From the NCBI GenBank assembly GCA_040905815.1, contig JBBDQT010000001.1, positions 1 through 57,575 of the forward strand: a stretch of 57,575 nucleotides of DNA, read 5' to 3'. The position numbers were made by a program, and so were the translations under genes. How positions within the stretch are numbered: position 1 is the stretch's first letter; each line of letters begins with the position of its first letter. This document shows, in pieces, positions 9,231 to 17,933 of the stretch. The DNA is from Acidimicrobiales bacterium. Its GTDB lineage: Bacteria > Actinomycetota > Acidimicrobiia > Acidimicrobiales > CADCSY01. The notes beneath the pieces are model-generated. The model searched no databases, had not been told where the DNA came from, and worked only from the letters and a program-made list of their open reading frames with translations.

Positions 9231-9906
9231 CGGCAGCCTCCGGGTCGGCGAGGGGCTCCCGGCCGGCGGCCGCGGTGGTCCGTCCGCCCACGATGCTCGC
9301 GGTGCGGCTCGCCAGCGCTGCCGCCCGCTCCAGCTCGTGGCTGACGATCAGGACCGTCGCCCCCCGGCGGGCAGCGCCGGCGACGACCTCGTCGACGAGG
9401 TCCCGTCCGGCGGCGTCGAGCCCGGCGTGGGGCTCGTCGAGCAGCCACAGCTCGCTGTCCCGGGCGAGGAGCACGGCGAGCGCGGTGCGCCGGCGCTGGC
9501 CCGTCGAGAGGCGGGCCGCCGGCACGTCGGCGAGGCGGCCGTCGAGGCCGAGGCGGGACATGGCGTCAGCGGCGGCCGACGGCGGCCGGCCGGCGGAGCG
9601 GGCCCAGAAGCGGAGGTTGTCGGCGACGGTCAGGTCGTCGTAGAGCCCACCCGAGGGGCTGAGCAGCGCCACCTTGGTCCGGACCCGCCGGCGAGCGGTG
9701 CGCAGGTCGATCCCGAGGACCTCCGCGTGTCCACCGGTGACGGGCGCCAGGCCGGCGAGCACCCGCAGGAGGGTGGTCTTGCCCGCGCCGTTCGGCCCCT
9801 CGACGGCGACGACCTCGCCCCGGTGGACGTCGAGGTCGATGCCGGCCAGGGCGGGGAAGCGGCCGAGCAGGCAGACCGCGGAGCGGAGGCGGACGGCGGG
9901 GACCAT
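9220..9906 (-). CDS. ccmA: Heme exporter ATP-binding protein CcmA
   Basis: Lower part of ORF 9220..10365, starting MVPAVRLRSAVCLLGRF at ATG 9906. Walker A GPNGAGKTTLL, signature LSTGQRRRTALA, Walker B LWLLDEPHAGLD. Alternative ATG at 9969. Confidence 0.85.
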   Translation of the reverse strand: MVPAVRLRSAVCLLGRFPALAGIDLDVHRGEVVAVEGPNGAGKTTLLRVLAGLAPVTGGHAEVLGIDLRTARRRVRTKVALLSPSGGLYDDLTVADNLRFWARSAGRPPSAAADAMSRLGLDGRLADVPAARLSTGQRRRTALAVLLARDSELWLLDEPHAGLDAAGRDLVDEVVAGAARRGATVLIVSHELERAAALASRTASIVGGRTTAAAGREPLADPEAAGVA

Positions 9907-10002
9907 GGGGCCGCCCCACGGTACCGGCGGCCCCCGAGGAGGACCAAGGCGAGCTGCGGTGGCCGTCATGGGCGCTCCCACCCCGGACGGTAGGTTGCGA
10001 AG

Positions 10003-10998
10003 ATGCCCGTGGCCCGGATCGTCGGTGCGATCGGCCGCACGCTGATCACCGTCGGCATCCTGCTGCTGCTCTTCGTCGCCTACCAGCTGTGGGGCACCGG
10101 TCTCGCCGAGGCGAGGGCCCAATCCGACCTGCGAGCCGACTTCGAGGCGTCGCTCGAGGCCGCGCTCACCTCGACGACGACCTCGACCTCGACGACCAGG
10201 CCGGCGCGCCGAGCCACGACCACCGAACCGACGGCGCCTCCCACGACGGTGGCGGCGGTCCCCGAAGGCGAAGCCATCGCCATCATCCGCATCCCCCGCA
10301 TCGGCGTCGACAAGGCGGTGGTGGAGGGGGTCTCGGTCGATGCCCTCAAGAAGGGACCGGGCCACTATCCCGGCACTCCCCTACCGGGCGAACCCGGCAA
10401 CGCCGCCATCGCCGGGCACCGCACGACCTACGGAGCCCCCTTCGGCGATCTCGGTGAGCTGCAGGAGGGCGACGAGATCCTCGTGACCACGCGCGAGGGC
10501 GAGTTCCGCTACCTCGTCGACCGCATCTCGATCGTCTCCCCGAGCCAGGTCGACGTCCTCGACCCGTCCGAGGAGGCGAAGATCACCCTGACCACCTGCC
10601 ACCCGAAGTACAGCGCCAGGGAGCGCCTCATCGTCACCGGCGTTCTCGCCGGCGATCCCATCTCGGCCCCGCCGACGACGGAGCCTGACGAGCCCGCCCC
10701 GGAGGAGCCAGCGGAACCCGAGGAACCAGACGCGCCCGAGGAGGAGGGCACGGAAGACGACCCGGTGCTCATCGAGTCGCCGCCCTCGCTCGACGATCCC
10801 AGCCTCGCCGGCGACCCCTCGGCTCGCGGCCCGGCCGCCGCCTGGGGCGGCGCCACCGCGCTCATCGCGCTGGCAGCCTGGTTCGTCGGGGCGCGATGGC
10901 GCCGCTGGCCGAGCTACCTCCTCGGCCTCCCGTTCGGCGCCGTCACGCTGTTCCTGTGCTTCGAGCAGATCGCACGGCTGCTGCCCTCGAACATCTGA
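10003..10998 (+). CDS. Sortase (class E-like) with N- and C-terminal membrane segments
   Basis: ORF 10003..10998. N-terminal TM, catalytic-site motif ITLTTCHPKYSARERL (TLxTC), acidic P/E-rich linker, C-terminal TM. Confidence 0.85.
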   Translation: MPVARIVGAIGRTLITVGILLLLFVAYQLWGTGLAEARAQSDLRADFEASLEAALTSTTTSTSTTRPARRATTTEPTAPPTTVAAVPEGEAIAIIRIPRIGVDKAVVEGVSVDALKKGPGHYPGTPLPGEPGNAAIAGHRTTYGAPFGDLGELQEGDEILVTTREGEFRYLVDRISIVSPSQVDVLDPSEEAKITLTTCHPKYSARERLIVTGVLAGDPISAPPTTEPDEPAPEEPAEPEEPDAPEEEGTEDDPVLIESPPSLDDPSLAGDPSARGPAAAWGGATALIALAAWFVGARWRRWPSYLLGLPFGAVTLFLCFEQIARLLPSNI

Positions 10999-11050
10999 CG
11001 AGTCGCCTCCCGGACAACGGCGCCGTACCGGAAACCGCGACACTGGCGGG

Positions 11051-11323
11051 ATGATCACCTACATCATCCTGCTCCTCCTGATCGGACTGGTCGTCGGGGC
11101 CCTCGGCCGCCTCGCCATCCCCGGTCCCAACCCGATGTCGATCGGCATGACGATCCTCGTCGGCGTCGGCGGGTCCATCCTCGGCGGCCTCGTCGGGCGC
11201 CTGGTCTTCCGCGGCAACGGGGGGCTCATCCTCTCGGTGCTCGGCGCCGCGCTCATCGTCTGGCTCATCGAGCGCAACCGCACGCCCGCCCCCAGGGATC
11301 CCGGTGCCGAGGGGCGGTTCTGA
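11051..11323 (+). CDS. GlsB/YeaQ/YmgE-family (transglycosylase-associated) small membrane protein
   Basis: ORF 11051..11323 (90 aa). Glycine-zipper TM pattern LIGLVVGALGRLAIPG...VGVGGSILGGLVGRLV. Confidence 0.75.
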   Translation: MITYIILLLLIGLVVGALGRLAIPGPNPMSIGMTILVGVGGSILGGLVGRLVFRGNGGLILSVLGAALIVWLIERNRTPAPRDPGAEGRF

Positions 11324-11357
11324 CCTCACGGTCACGGTGATGAACGCCGAGGGGTCC

Positions 11358-12170
11358 TCATCGGCCGCGCCACTCCGGCGGGCGCTTCTCGGCGAAGGCG
11401 GCCAGCCCTTCGGCGGCGTCCTCGGTCGCGGCGGACACCGTCAGCATGGGGTGGAGCAGGCGCAGGGCGTCGGCGGCGCCCATGTCCCAGGTCGCGTGGA
11501 AGCTGGCGAGGCCGAGAGCGAGCACGACGGGCGATTTGGCAGCGAGCGTCGCCGCCAGCTCGTCGACGGCAGCGTCGAGGTCCGCAGTGGGGACGACCCG
11601 GGTCACGAAGCCCAGCTCCCGTGCCTCGGCGGCAGCGACCCGTCGGCCCGTCAGCATGAGCTCGAGGGCGACCTTGGGCGGCATCGACCGCGTCAGGGGC
11701 ACCGTGATCATGTGGGGCCAGAGACCCACGTCGACCTCGGGGGCGCCGAACATGGCGTCGTCGGCAGCGATGACGAGGTCGCACGCGAGCGCCAGCCCGA
11801 ACCCACCGGCGAGTGCGAAGCCGCGGACGCGGGCGATCGTCGGCTTGCCGAGCGTCCACAGGTCCTCGAACAGCCGCGCCAGCTCGCCACGGGCCTCGTG
11901 CAGCTCGAGGGATCCGGCACCCGCGGCCATGCCGCCCAGGTCGACCCCTGAGCAGAACGCCCGGTCACCGGCACCGGTCAGGACGACCACCCTGACCTCG
12001 GCGTCGGCCCCGGCCCTCGCGACAGCGGACCGCAGCTCCTGCACCAGCTCCCACGTCAGAGCGTTGCGCTTGGCGGGGCGGTGGATGACGAGGCGGGCGG
12101 TGCCTTCTGCGACCTCGTAGCGAACGCCACCGCCCGCCTGCCCCCCTTCTGACGGTGCGCCACCTGCCAC
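11358..12170 (-). CDS. Enoyl-CoA hydratase/isomerase family protein
   Basis: C-terminal 270 aa of ORF 11358..13058. VRYEVAEGTARLVIHRPAKRNALT...VVVLTGAGDRAFCSGVDLGGM...GFALAGGFGLALACDLVIAA is the crotonase fold signature. Start placed at GTG 12170. Confidence 0.85.
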   Translation of the reverse strand: MAGGAPSEGGQAGGGVRYEVAEGTARLVIHRPAKRNALTWELVQELRSAVARAGADAEVRVVVLTGAGDRAFCSGVDLGGMAAGAGSLELHEARGELARLFEDLWTLGKPTIARVRGFALAGGFGLALACDLVIAADDAMFGAPEVDVGLWPHMITVPLTRSMPPKVALELMLTGRRVAAAEARELGFVTRVVPTADLDAAVDELAATLAAKSPVVLALGLASFHATWDMGAADALRLLHPMLTVSAATEDAAEGLAAFAEKRPPEWRGR

Positions 12171-12194
12171 GGAGCGGACGCTACCGTTCCCGCG

Positions 12195-12863
12195 GTGGGC
12201 TACACCGCGATCGCCATCACCCTCGGCCTGGTCGCCGGTCTCGTCGCAGGCGGTCGACCCGCCAACGCCGCCCGCCGCTCGCTCCGGTGGTGGCCTGCGC
12301 TGGCTGGTGGGGCCGCGGCCCAGTGGATCCCCGAGCTCCTCGACGTGCCCGAAAGCGCCGCCTTTGCCGCCGTCGTGGCGTCCTACGCCGCCCTGGCCGC
12401 CTTCGCGGTTGCCAACCTGGGCCTCGTCGGCATGCCCGTGGTGCTCCTCGGGCTCGTCTTGAACATCGCGGTGATCCTCGCCAACGGCGGCATGCCGGTG
12501 CGGGCCGAGGCGATCATCGCCGCCGACATCGCCGCGACGCCAGAAGAGATCGCCGCCCTGGACTTCGGCTCGAAGCGCCACCTCGAGGACCGAGACGACC
12601 GGCTCACGGTGCTCGGCGACATCGTCCCCGTGCCGCCGCTCCGGGAGGTCCTCTCCTTCGGCGATCTCATCCTCGCTGCCGGGGTCACCAACGTCGTGTT
12701 CCGCCTCCTGCGCCCGGCCCGGAGCCGGCGCCGCACCGAGAGCTCCGCTCGGGGGGACATCTCCCTGGAGGAGCGCCTCGGGTCCCCGGTGAGCTTCGCC
12801 GAGGCCAGCGTCATCGACCTGGCCGGTGAGGAGCGACGCCTCATCACCACGCCGGGGGGCTGA
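12195..12863 (+). CDS. Polytopic membrane protein, DUF5317-like
   Basis: ORF 12195..12863 (GTG start). Four hydrophobic segments and the ANGGMPV...LSFGDLILAAGV pattern I associate with DUF5317. The family call is from memory only. Confidence 0.55.
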   Translation: MGYTAIAITLGLVAGLVAGGRPANAARRSLRWWPALAGGAAAQWIPELLDVPESAAFAAVVASYAALAAFAVANLGLVGMPVVLLGLVLNIAVILANGGMPVRAEAIIAADIAATPEEIAALDFGSKRHLEDRDDRLTVLGDIVPVPPLREVLSFGDLILAAGVTNVVFRLLRPARSRRRTESSARGDISLEERLGSPVSFAEASVIDLAGEERRLITTPGG

Positions 12864-13181
12864 GGCCGGGCGGCTCGATGTGGCTGGGCCGAACGGCCCT
12901 TTCCGCTCGCTGCCCCTGTTGCCACCGCGCGCGACGCTGTACCTTGACCACACCAGCAAGAGAGCCGCTCGAGCAGCGAGTGGCATGGGATCTCCCGAAA
13001 CCCTCGATCTGCGGGGTTCGCGCCCGACAGTGTGTTGGGACGGCGGTTCCAGATGCACCCTTTGACAACCGAGCTCGAGGGCGAGACGGCGAAAGCGCGC
13101 CGGTCACCACCCAGCGAAGCGGAGCGATCCCCACCTACTAGCGGCGGCGGGGAGACCTGTTCGCCAAGGGAGGTGTTGCAC

Positions 13182-13271
13182 ATGAAAAAGATCCAGATCC
13201 GCTTCGTCGCCATCGCCGCCAGCCTCGCCGGCTTCCTGCTCTCCGCAGGGGCTGGCCTCAGCATCCGCTGA
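13182..13271 (+). CDS. Micro-ORF, 29-aa hydrophobic peptide (MKKIQIRFVAIAASLAGFLLSAGAGLSIR)
   Basis: ATG 13182 is preceded by a near-perfect SD (AAGGGAGG, 7-nt spacer). K-rich N-terminus plus one hydrophobic helix. A hairpin follows. It sits in a 510-bp otherwise non-coding gap. Confidence 0.4.
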   Translation: MKKIQIRFVAIAASLAGFLLSAGAGLSIR

Positions 13272-13297
13272 GAACTCCCGGCACAGAAGAAACAGAA

Positions 13298-13317
13298 GAA
13301 AGCGCCATCGCGCTTTC
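13298..13317 (+). terminator. Hairpin GAAAGCGC-CATC-GCGCTTTC downstream of the micro-ORF (no U-tract)
   Basis: Perfect 8-bp inverted repeat with a 4-nt loop, read directly. Preceded by the tandem 9-mer ACAGAAGAA x2. Confidence 0.3.
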
Positions 13318-13371
13318 GCCGCCTCCCCCTCGTACTCGGTCGCCACGCAGGTCGAGACCCCACGGACCCCC

Positions 13372-14697
13372 ATGCCCACTCGTCAGGTTGCCTTCCAGGT
13401 CGGTGTCGTCGTCGCGACGCTCGCCGTCGTGGCGTTCGCGGCTACCTCGAGCACCGAGGCAGCTCCCGTCGGCGTGTTGGCGTTCGTGGTCCTCATCGCG
13501 GTCGCAGAGAACACCGCTGTGCTGCTGGGTCCCGGCGCCGGGATCAGCCCGAGCCTTCTCATCATCTTCGCCGCCATCGCAACGTTCGAGCCCGGGTCCG
13601 CCGCCCTGTCCGCGGTGGTCGTCGGCGCTGCAGCGGGCATCGTGATCGAGACGATCAGGGCCAGGCGCTGGTCGGCGCTGATCCTCAACACCAGTCAGTA
13701 CGTGCTCGCATCGACCGCCGCAGCCGTCTTGTTCCACGCGCTCGCCCCGCAGAAGAACGGCATGGAGCTGTTTGCTGCGTTGGCCGCCGTGCTCGCCTTC
13801 GCCGTCATCCAGTACGGACTGGTGATCCCGGGAGTCTCGCTCCTGCAGAGCGTCTCGGGACGAGAGGTGTGGGTGGAGGTGCGGCCGCAGCTGCCGAACT
13901 ACCTCGCCTTCGGGCTCGTCGGCCTCGTGGTGGGGTTGGTGCTCAAGGAGATCGGCGCGGTGGCGATCGTGCTGCTCGTCATGCCGGTCGTCATCAGCCG
14001 GCTCGCGTTCGCGTCGTTCCAGCGATCGCACGAATCCCACGAGGCAGCGATCCGGGTGTTCGGCCGGCTCATCGAGGCCAAGGACCCGTACACGGCAGGT
14101 CACACCCAGCGAGTCGCGCGGTACTCGGCGTACATGGCGGACGAGCTGGGACTGAACCCCGACGAGGCGGCCCACCTGCGCCACTCCGCGCTCATGCACG
14201 ACGTGGGCAAGCTCGCGGTCCCCAGCAGCCTGCTCAACAAGCCCGGCAGGCTCACCCCCGAGGAGTGGGACGTGGTGCGGGCCCACAACGACGCCGGGAT
14301 CGGGATCCTGACCCGCGTCGACTTCATGCGGAGCATGACCGTGACCGCCTCCGACCGCCACGGTCACTTCTCGCGGGGCGAGGACGACGGCACGCCCGCG
14401 CACCTCGTGCTCGAGGCTCACATCGTCGCCGTCGCCGACGCCTTCGACGCCATGACGTCCACCCGCTCGTACCGCCTGGCACTCACCCAGGAGGTCGCCT
14501 GCGCGGAGCTCCGGGACAAGGCTGGGACCCAGTTCAACCCCGAGTGCGTCGAGGCGCTCATCACCGCCATCGAGCGCCGTGGCGAGCAGTACGGCCGCGG
14601 CTTCGAGGTCGATCCCCACCAGTTCGCGGTCGCGCCCCCTGACGTCGGTGTCGGCTCCGCCGGGCTCGGCGACCTCGCCCGCGCCACCGCCCCATGA
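13372..14697 (+). CDS. Membrane-anchored HD-GYP-type (HD superfamily) phosphohydrolase
   Basis: ORF 13372..14697. About 6 N-terminal TM segments, then AKDPYTAGHTQRVARYS...LRHSALMHDVGKLAVP...IVAVADAFDAMTSTRSYR (HD and downstream metal ligands). The GYP tripeptide itself is not evident. Confidence 0.8.
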   Translation: MPTRQVAFQVGVVVATLAVVAFAATSSTEAAPVGVLAFVVLIAVAENTAVLLGPGAGISPSLLIIFAAIATFEPGSAALSAVVVGAAAGIVIETIRARRWSALILNTSQYVLASTAAAVLFHALAPQKNGMELFAALAAVLAFAVIQYGLVIPGVSLLQSVSGREVWVEVRPQLPNYLAFGLVGLVVGLVLKEIGAVAIVLLVMPVVISRLAFASFQRSHESHEAAIRVFGRLIEAKDPYTAGHTQRVARYSAYMADELGLNPDEAAHLRHSALMHDVGKLAVPSSLLNKPGRLTPEEWDVVRAHNDAGIGILTRVDFMRSMTVTASDRHGHFSRGEDDGTPAHLVLEAHIVAVADAFDAMTSTRSYRLALTQEVACAELRDKAGTQFNPECVEALITAIERRGEQYGRGFEVDPHQFAVAPPDVGVGSAGLGDLARATAP

Positions 14698-16001
14698 CCT
14701 CCTCCGACATCGCCCGTCGCGAGAGCGCCAGCAACGCGATCATCGGCATCCTGCTCGTGCTCACCGGCGTCGGCGTCGGCATCCTGATCGCCGAGCTCGG
14801 CGGGGAGGAGACACCGAGGCTGAGCGGCCTCGCGCTGCTGCTCGCCGGCGGCCTCCTCGTCCACATCCCCGTCCTGTGGGGCGGGAGCGTGCCGATCGGC
14901 TACGCCCTGCTCATCGCCCTGCCGTCGATCGCCCCGCTCGACGAGGTGGCGATCGTGATCCTCGCCAGCATGGTCGTCGTCGCCGGCGTCACCGTCGCCA
15001 GGGACGCCCCGAAGGCGGCGATCGCGTCCGTCGTGCGCTTCGGCTCCTGCGCCGTCGCCGCTGTGGTGGGAGGCCTTGCCGCCGGCGCCGTCGTCGACGA
15101 CGCGCTCGTGGAGGCGATCGGCGCCGCCTTCCTCCTCATCCCCGTGGAGCTCGCCGTGACCCGGCGCATCCGTGTCGACGGCGCCACGATCGACGTCCGC
15201 TCCGCCTTGCCGGTCCTGCTGACGATCACGTGCGGTGCCGCGCTCATCACCGTGGCACGGGCCGAGGTCGGGTGGGAGATGACCGTCGTCGCCGCCTTCC
15301 CGCTCCTCATCACCCGCTTCTCGTTCCGACGCTCCGCCGACGCCGAGCAGACGCTCCGCCAGACCGTCCAAACCCTCGGCCTCGTTCCCGAGCTCGCCGG
15401 GCTGGCACCACTCGGCCGCAGCGAGCGGAGTGCCACGTACGCGCGGCGCATCGCCCGCCACCTCAAGTGCAGCCGGGCAGTCGAGGAGCGCATCGTGACG
15501 GCCTGTCGCCTCCAGCATCTCGGCGCGGTGCCCCACGACCCGCAGCCGCTGGTCACCAGCACGGCGATCACCGATGCAGGCGGCTTGACGGCCACGGAGC
15601 TTGCGGCGCAGGGAGCCCACATCCTCGAGGAAGCCGGGTTCGCCGACGACGTGATCGACCTGCTGCGGCGCGCCCGAGCCGGCTCGCTCGCCAGCGCTTC
15701 CCAGGATCTGGAAGCCGCGGTCGTCAGGGTCGCGAGCGCCTTCGACCAGGTGGTCGGCGAGGATGCCCACATGGCCAGCCAGGGACTCGGCTCCGTCACC
15801 GCCGCGGCTCGCGACACCCACACGCGCCTGGCCGCTGCAGCGCTCGTCGAGCTGTCCGCCACGGAGCCGACCCTCGTCCGCGACGCGATCGCCGCAGGCG
15901 CCACCTTCCGGCAGGCCGCGCCCGGCCTCGACCTCGATGCACTCGCGCCGGCGGCGGGCGACCTGCTGCCGTTCGCCCGGCGCCGGGCCCGAGGTGCCTG
16001 A
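14694..16001 (+). CDS. Membrane protein paralogous to the preceding HD-GYP-type protein but with a degenerate HD domain
   Basis: ORF 14694..16001, with a 4-nt overlap with the previous gene. Similar TM block. The C-terminal region ERSATYARRIARHL...CRLQHLGAVPHD...VVRVASAFDQVVGE aligns by eye to the HD region but lacks the HD dyad. Confidence 0.6.
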   Translation: MTSSDIARRESASNAIIGILLVLTGVGVGILIAELGGEETPRLSGLALLLAGGLLVHIPVLWGGSVPIGYALLIALPSIAPLDEVAIVILASMVVVAGVTVARDAPKAAIASVVRFGSCAVAAVVGGLAAGAVVDDALVEAIGAAFLLIPVELAVTRRIRVDGATIDVRSALPVLLTITCGAALITVARAEVGWEMTVVAAFPLLITRFSFRRSADAEQTLRQTVQTLGLVPELAGLAPLGRSERSATYARRIARHLKCSRAVEERIVTACRLQHLGAVPHDPQPLVTSTAITDAGGLTATELAAQGAHILEEAGFADDVIDLLRRARAGSLASASQDLEAAVVRVASAFDQVVGEDAHMASQGLGSVTAAARDTHTRLAAAALVELSATEPTLVRDAIAAGATFRQAAPGLDLDALAPAAGDLLPFARRRARGA

Positions 16002-16044
16002 CGAGGTCCCTGAACAACGGAATCCCGCTGGTTACGCTCCGCTT

Positions 16045-16899
16045 GTGAGCTACGATCTGGCCGACGTCGAGCGCGAGCTCTGCCGCATCCCCGAGGTGCG
16101 GGCGGCGCGCATCGTCGCCGACACGAGTGGCCACCCCGTCGAGGTCCACGTCCTCGCCTCGCCGGGCAAGCACGCGAAGCAGGTCGTCCGCGACATCCAG
16201 TCCGTCGCGATGGCCACCGTGGGCCTCAGCCTCGACCACCGCATCGTGAGCGTGGTCCAGCTCGACGATCCCACTGCACCCGGAGCTGCTCCGAGCCCAC
16301 CGAACGCCGGTAGCGGGAACAGTGGGCCGCAAAAGGATCCAGCCGACGACCTGCTCGAACCGGCCGGTGGCGGGGCCCCGGTGAGCGTGCTCGACCAGGA
16401 TCGGGAGACGACCGCCGAGGAGGAGCCGGTCAGGCCGGATCCCGAGTCGTCGCCCACCGTCCCGCCGGGGGCCGACCGCGGCGGCGCCTCGGCGGAGGAC
16501 GCGCCGCGCGTCGTCGTCGAGCGGGTCCTCACCCTGCGCCGTGATCTCACGTGCACCGCCGAGGTCGTGCTCCGGGCGGGCGACCAGGTCGTCACCGGGG
16601 ACGCGGAGGGCTCGGCAGCGGCGAGCGCGACGCTGCGCCTGGTCGCCGACGCAACCTTGGCCGCTCTGCGCCAGCTCCATGCGGGAGCCAGCAGCGCCTA
16701 CGTCGAGACGGTGACGCTGGCACGGGTGAGCGACCGGGCGGTCGCCCTCAGCTCGGTCGTCCTCATCGTGCCGCCGAACGAGGAGCTCGTCACCGGCTCG
16801 GCGCCTGTGCGAGGCGCTGGCGAGCACGAGGCGGTCGCCCGTTCGGTGCTCGACGCCATGAACCGCCGGCTGCAGCAGCAGCGCCCGCCGTCGCCGTAG
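16045..16899 (+). CDS. Hypothetical protein (two small alpha/beta-like domains joined by a P/E-rich linker)
   Basis: Part of ORF 15763..16899. Start placed at GTG 16045 (VSYDLADVERELCRIPEVRAARIV...), just after the upstream stop. High GC3. No family recognised. Confidence 0.55.
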   Translation: MSYDLADVERELCRIPEVRAARIVADTSGHPVEVHVLASPGKHAKQVVRDIQSVAMATVGLSLDHRIVSVVQLDDPTAPGAAPSPPNAGSGNSGPQKDPADDLLEPAGGGAPVSVLDQDRETTAEEEPVRPDPESSPTVPPGADRGGASAEDAPRVVVERVLTLRRDLTCTAEVVLRAGDQVVTGDAEGSAAASATLRLVADATLAALRQLHAGASSAYVETVTLARVSDRAVALSSVVLIVPPNEELVTGSAPVRGAGEHEAVARSVLDAMNRRLQQQRPPSP

Positions 16900-16904
16900 T
16901 CGCG

Positions 16905-17933
16905 CTGCTGTCGTTCCGCCTCGGCGGCATCGACGGGGTCTCCGTCGTCGCCGGGAGCTGGCGGCGCATCCTCTCCGAGGCCGGCCACCGGGTCGTCACC
17001 GTCGCGGGGGTCGGGCCCGTGGACAGGGTGGTCCCGGAGCTGGCGTGGCCCGGTGCCGATGAGGGACCGCGGCTGCCCACACCTGCGAGAGCCGACGTGG
17101 CCGCCGCACTCGCCGACGCGGACCTCGTGGTCGTCGAGAACGTGTGCTCCCTGCCCCTGCACCCGGCCGCGGGTGCGGTCGTCGCCGACGTCCTCCGGAA
17201 CAGGCCCGCCATCCTCCACCACTACGACCTGCCCTGGCAGCGGGATCGCTTCGCCCACGTTTCGGGCTGGCCGCCGCGTGACGAAGCATGGGCCCAGGTC
17301 ACCGTCAACGACCACAGTCGCGACGAGCTGGCGGCCGGGGGGATCGACGCCACCACCATCCGCTGCGGCGTCGACGTGCACGTCCCGCACGGTGACAGGG
17401 CCGCGGCACGGGCGCGTGCCGGGATAGGAGACGACGAGCTGGTGCTCCTGCATCCGGTGCGGGCGATCGCGCGCAAGGCGGTGCCCGTCGCGGTCGCGCT
17501 CGCCGAGGCGCTCGGGGCGACGTACTGGCTGACGGGGCCGGCGGAAGAGGGCTACGGACCTACGCTCGCCTCCGTGCTCGCCACCGCCCGCTGCAAGGTC
17601 GTGCACCACTCGGTGCCCTCGATCGCTGACGCCTACGCCGCCTGTGACGCGGTGGCGCTGCCCTCGACCTGGGAGGGGTTCGGCAACGCGCTCGCCGAGG
17701 CGGCGGTCCATCGCCGCCCGATCGCCGTCGGCCGGTACCCGGCCGCCCGAGAGCTCGTCGACCTCGGGTTCCGGTGGTTCGCCCCCGACGAACCCGACGC
17801 GCTCGCCCGCCATCTCGCTGTTCCCGATCCCACCCTCCACGACGACAACGAGGCGCTCGTTCGCGAGCACCTCTCGCTGGAGCGGGTCTCCACGGACCTG
17901 CTCGGGCTGCTGGCGCGACGGTGGTCCCTGTGA
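16905..17933 (+). CDS. GT-B glycosyltransferase (family 4/1 type); start codon uncertain
   Basis: Frame of ORF 16551..17933. N-terminus ALLSFRLGGIDGVSVVAGSWRRILSEAGHRVVTVAG and C-terminal LPSTWEGFGNALAEAA (EX7E region). No ATG/GTG/TTG lies near the conserved N-terminus; CTG at 16905 is used as a placeholder. Confidence 0.75.
   Translation: MLSFRLGGIDGVSVVAGSWRRILSEAGHRVVTVAGVGPVDRVVPELAWPGADEGPRLPTPARADVAAALADADLVVVENVCSLPLHPAAGAVVADVLRNRPAILHHYDLPWQRDRFAHVSGWPPRDEAWAQVTVNDHSRDELAAGGIDATTIRCGVDVHVPHGDRAAARARAGIGDDELVLLHPVRAIARKAVPVAVALAEALGATYWLTGPAEEGYGPTLASVLATARCKVVHHSVPSIADAYAACDAVALPSTWEGFGNALAEAAVHRRPIAVGRYPAARELVDLGFRWFAPDEPDALARHLAVPDPTLHDDNEALVREHLSLERVSTDLLGLLARRWSL

Noticed and set aside
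13005-13035. tRNA-like T-arm (GCGGGGTTCGCGCCCGA), which could have marked a tRNA or an integration-site remnant
   Set aside because: The loop lacks the conserved A58-type position, the stem has a terminal mismatch, and no acceptor, D or anticodon arms can be drawn from the flanks.
12864-13181. Known riboswitch classes (c-di-GMP-I/II, ydaO/c-di-AMP, mini-ykkC, 6C-like C-rich loops) in the long leader
   Set aside because: I could not find the conserved core sequences by eye. It is left as an unexplained leader pending a covariance-model scan.
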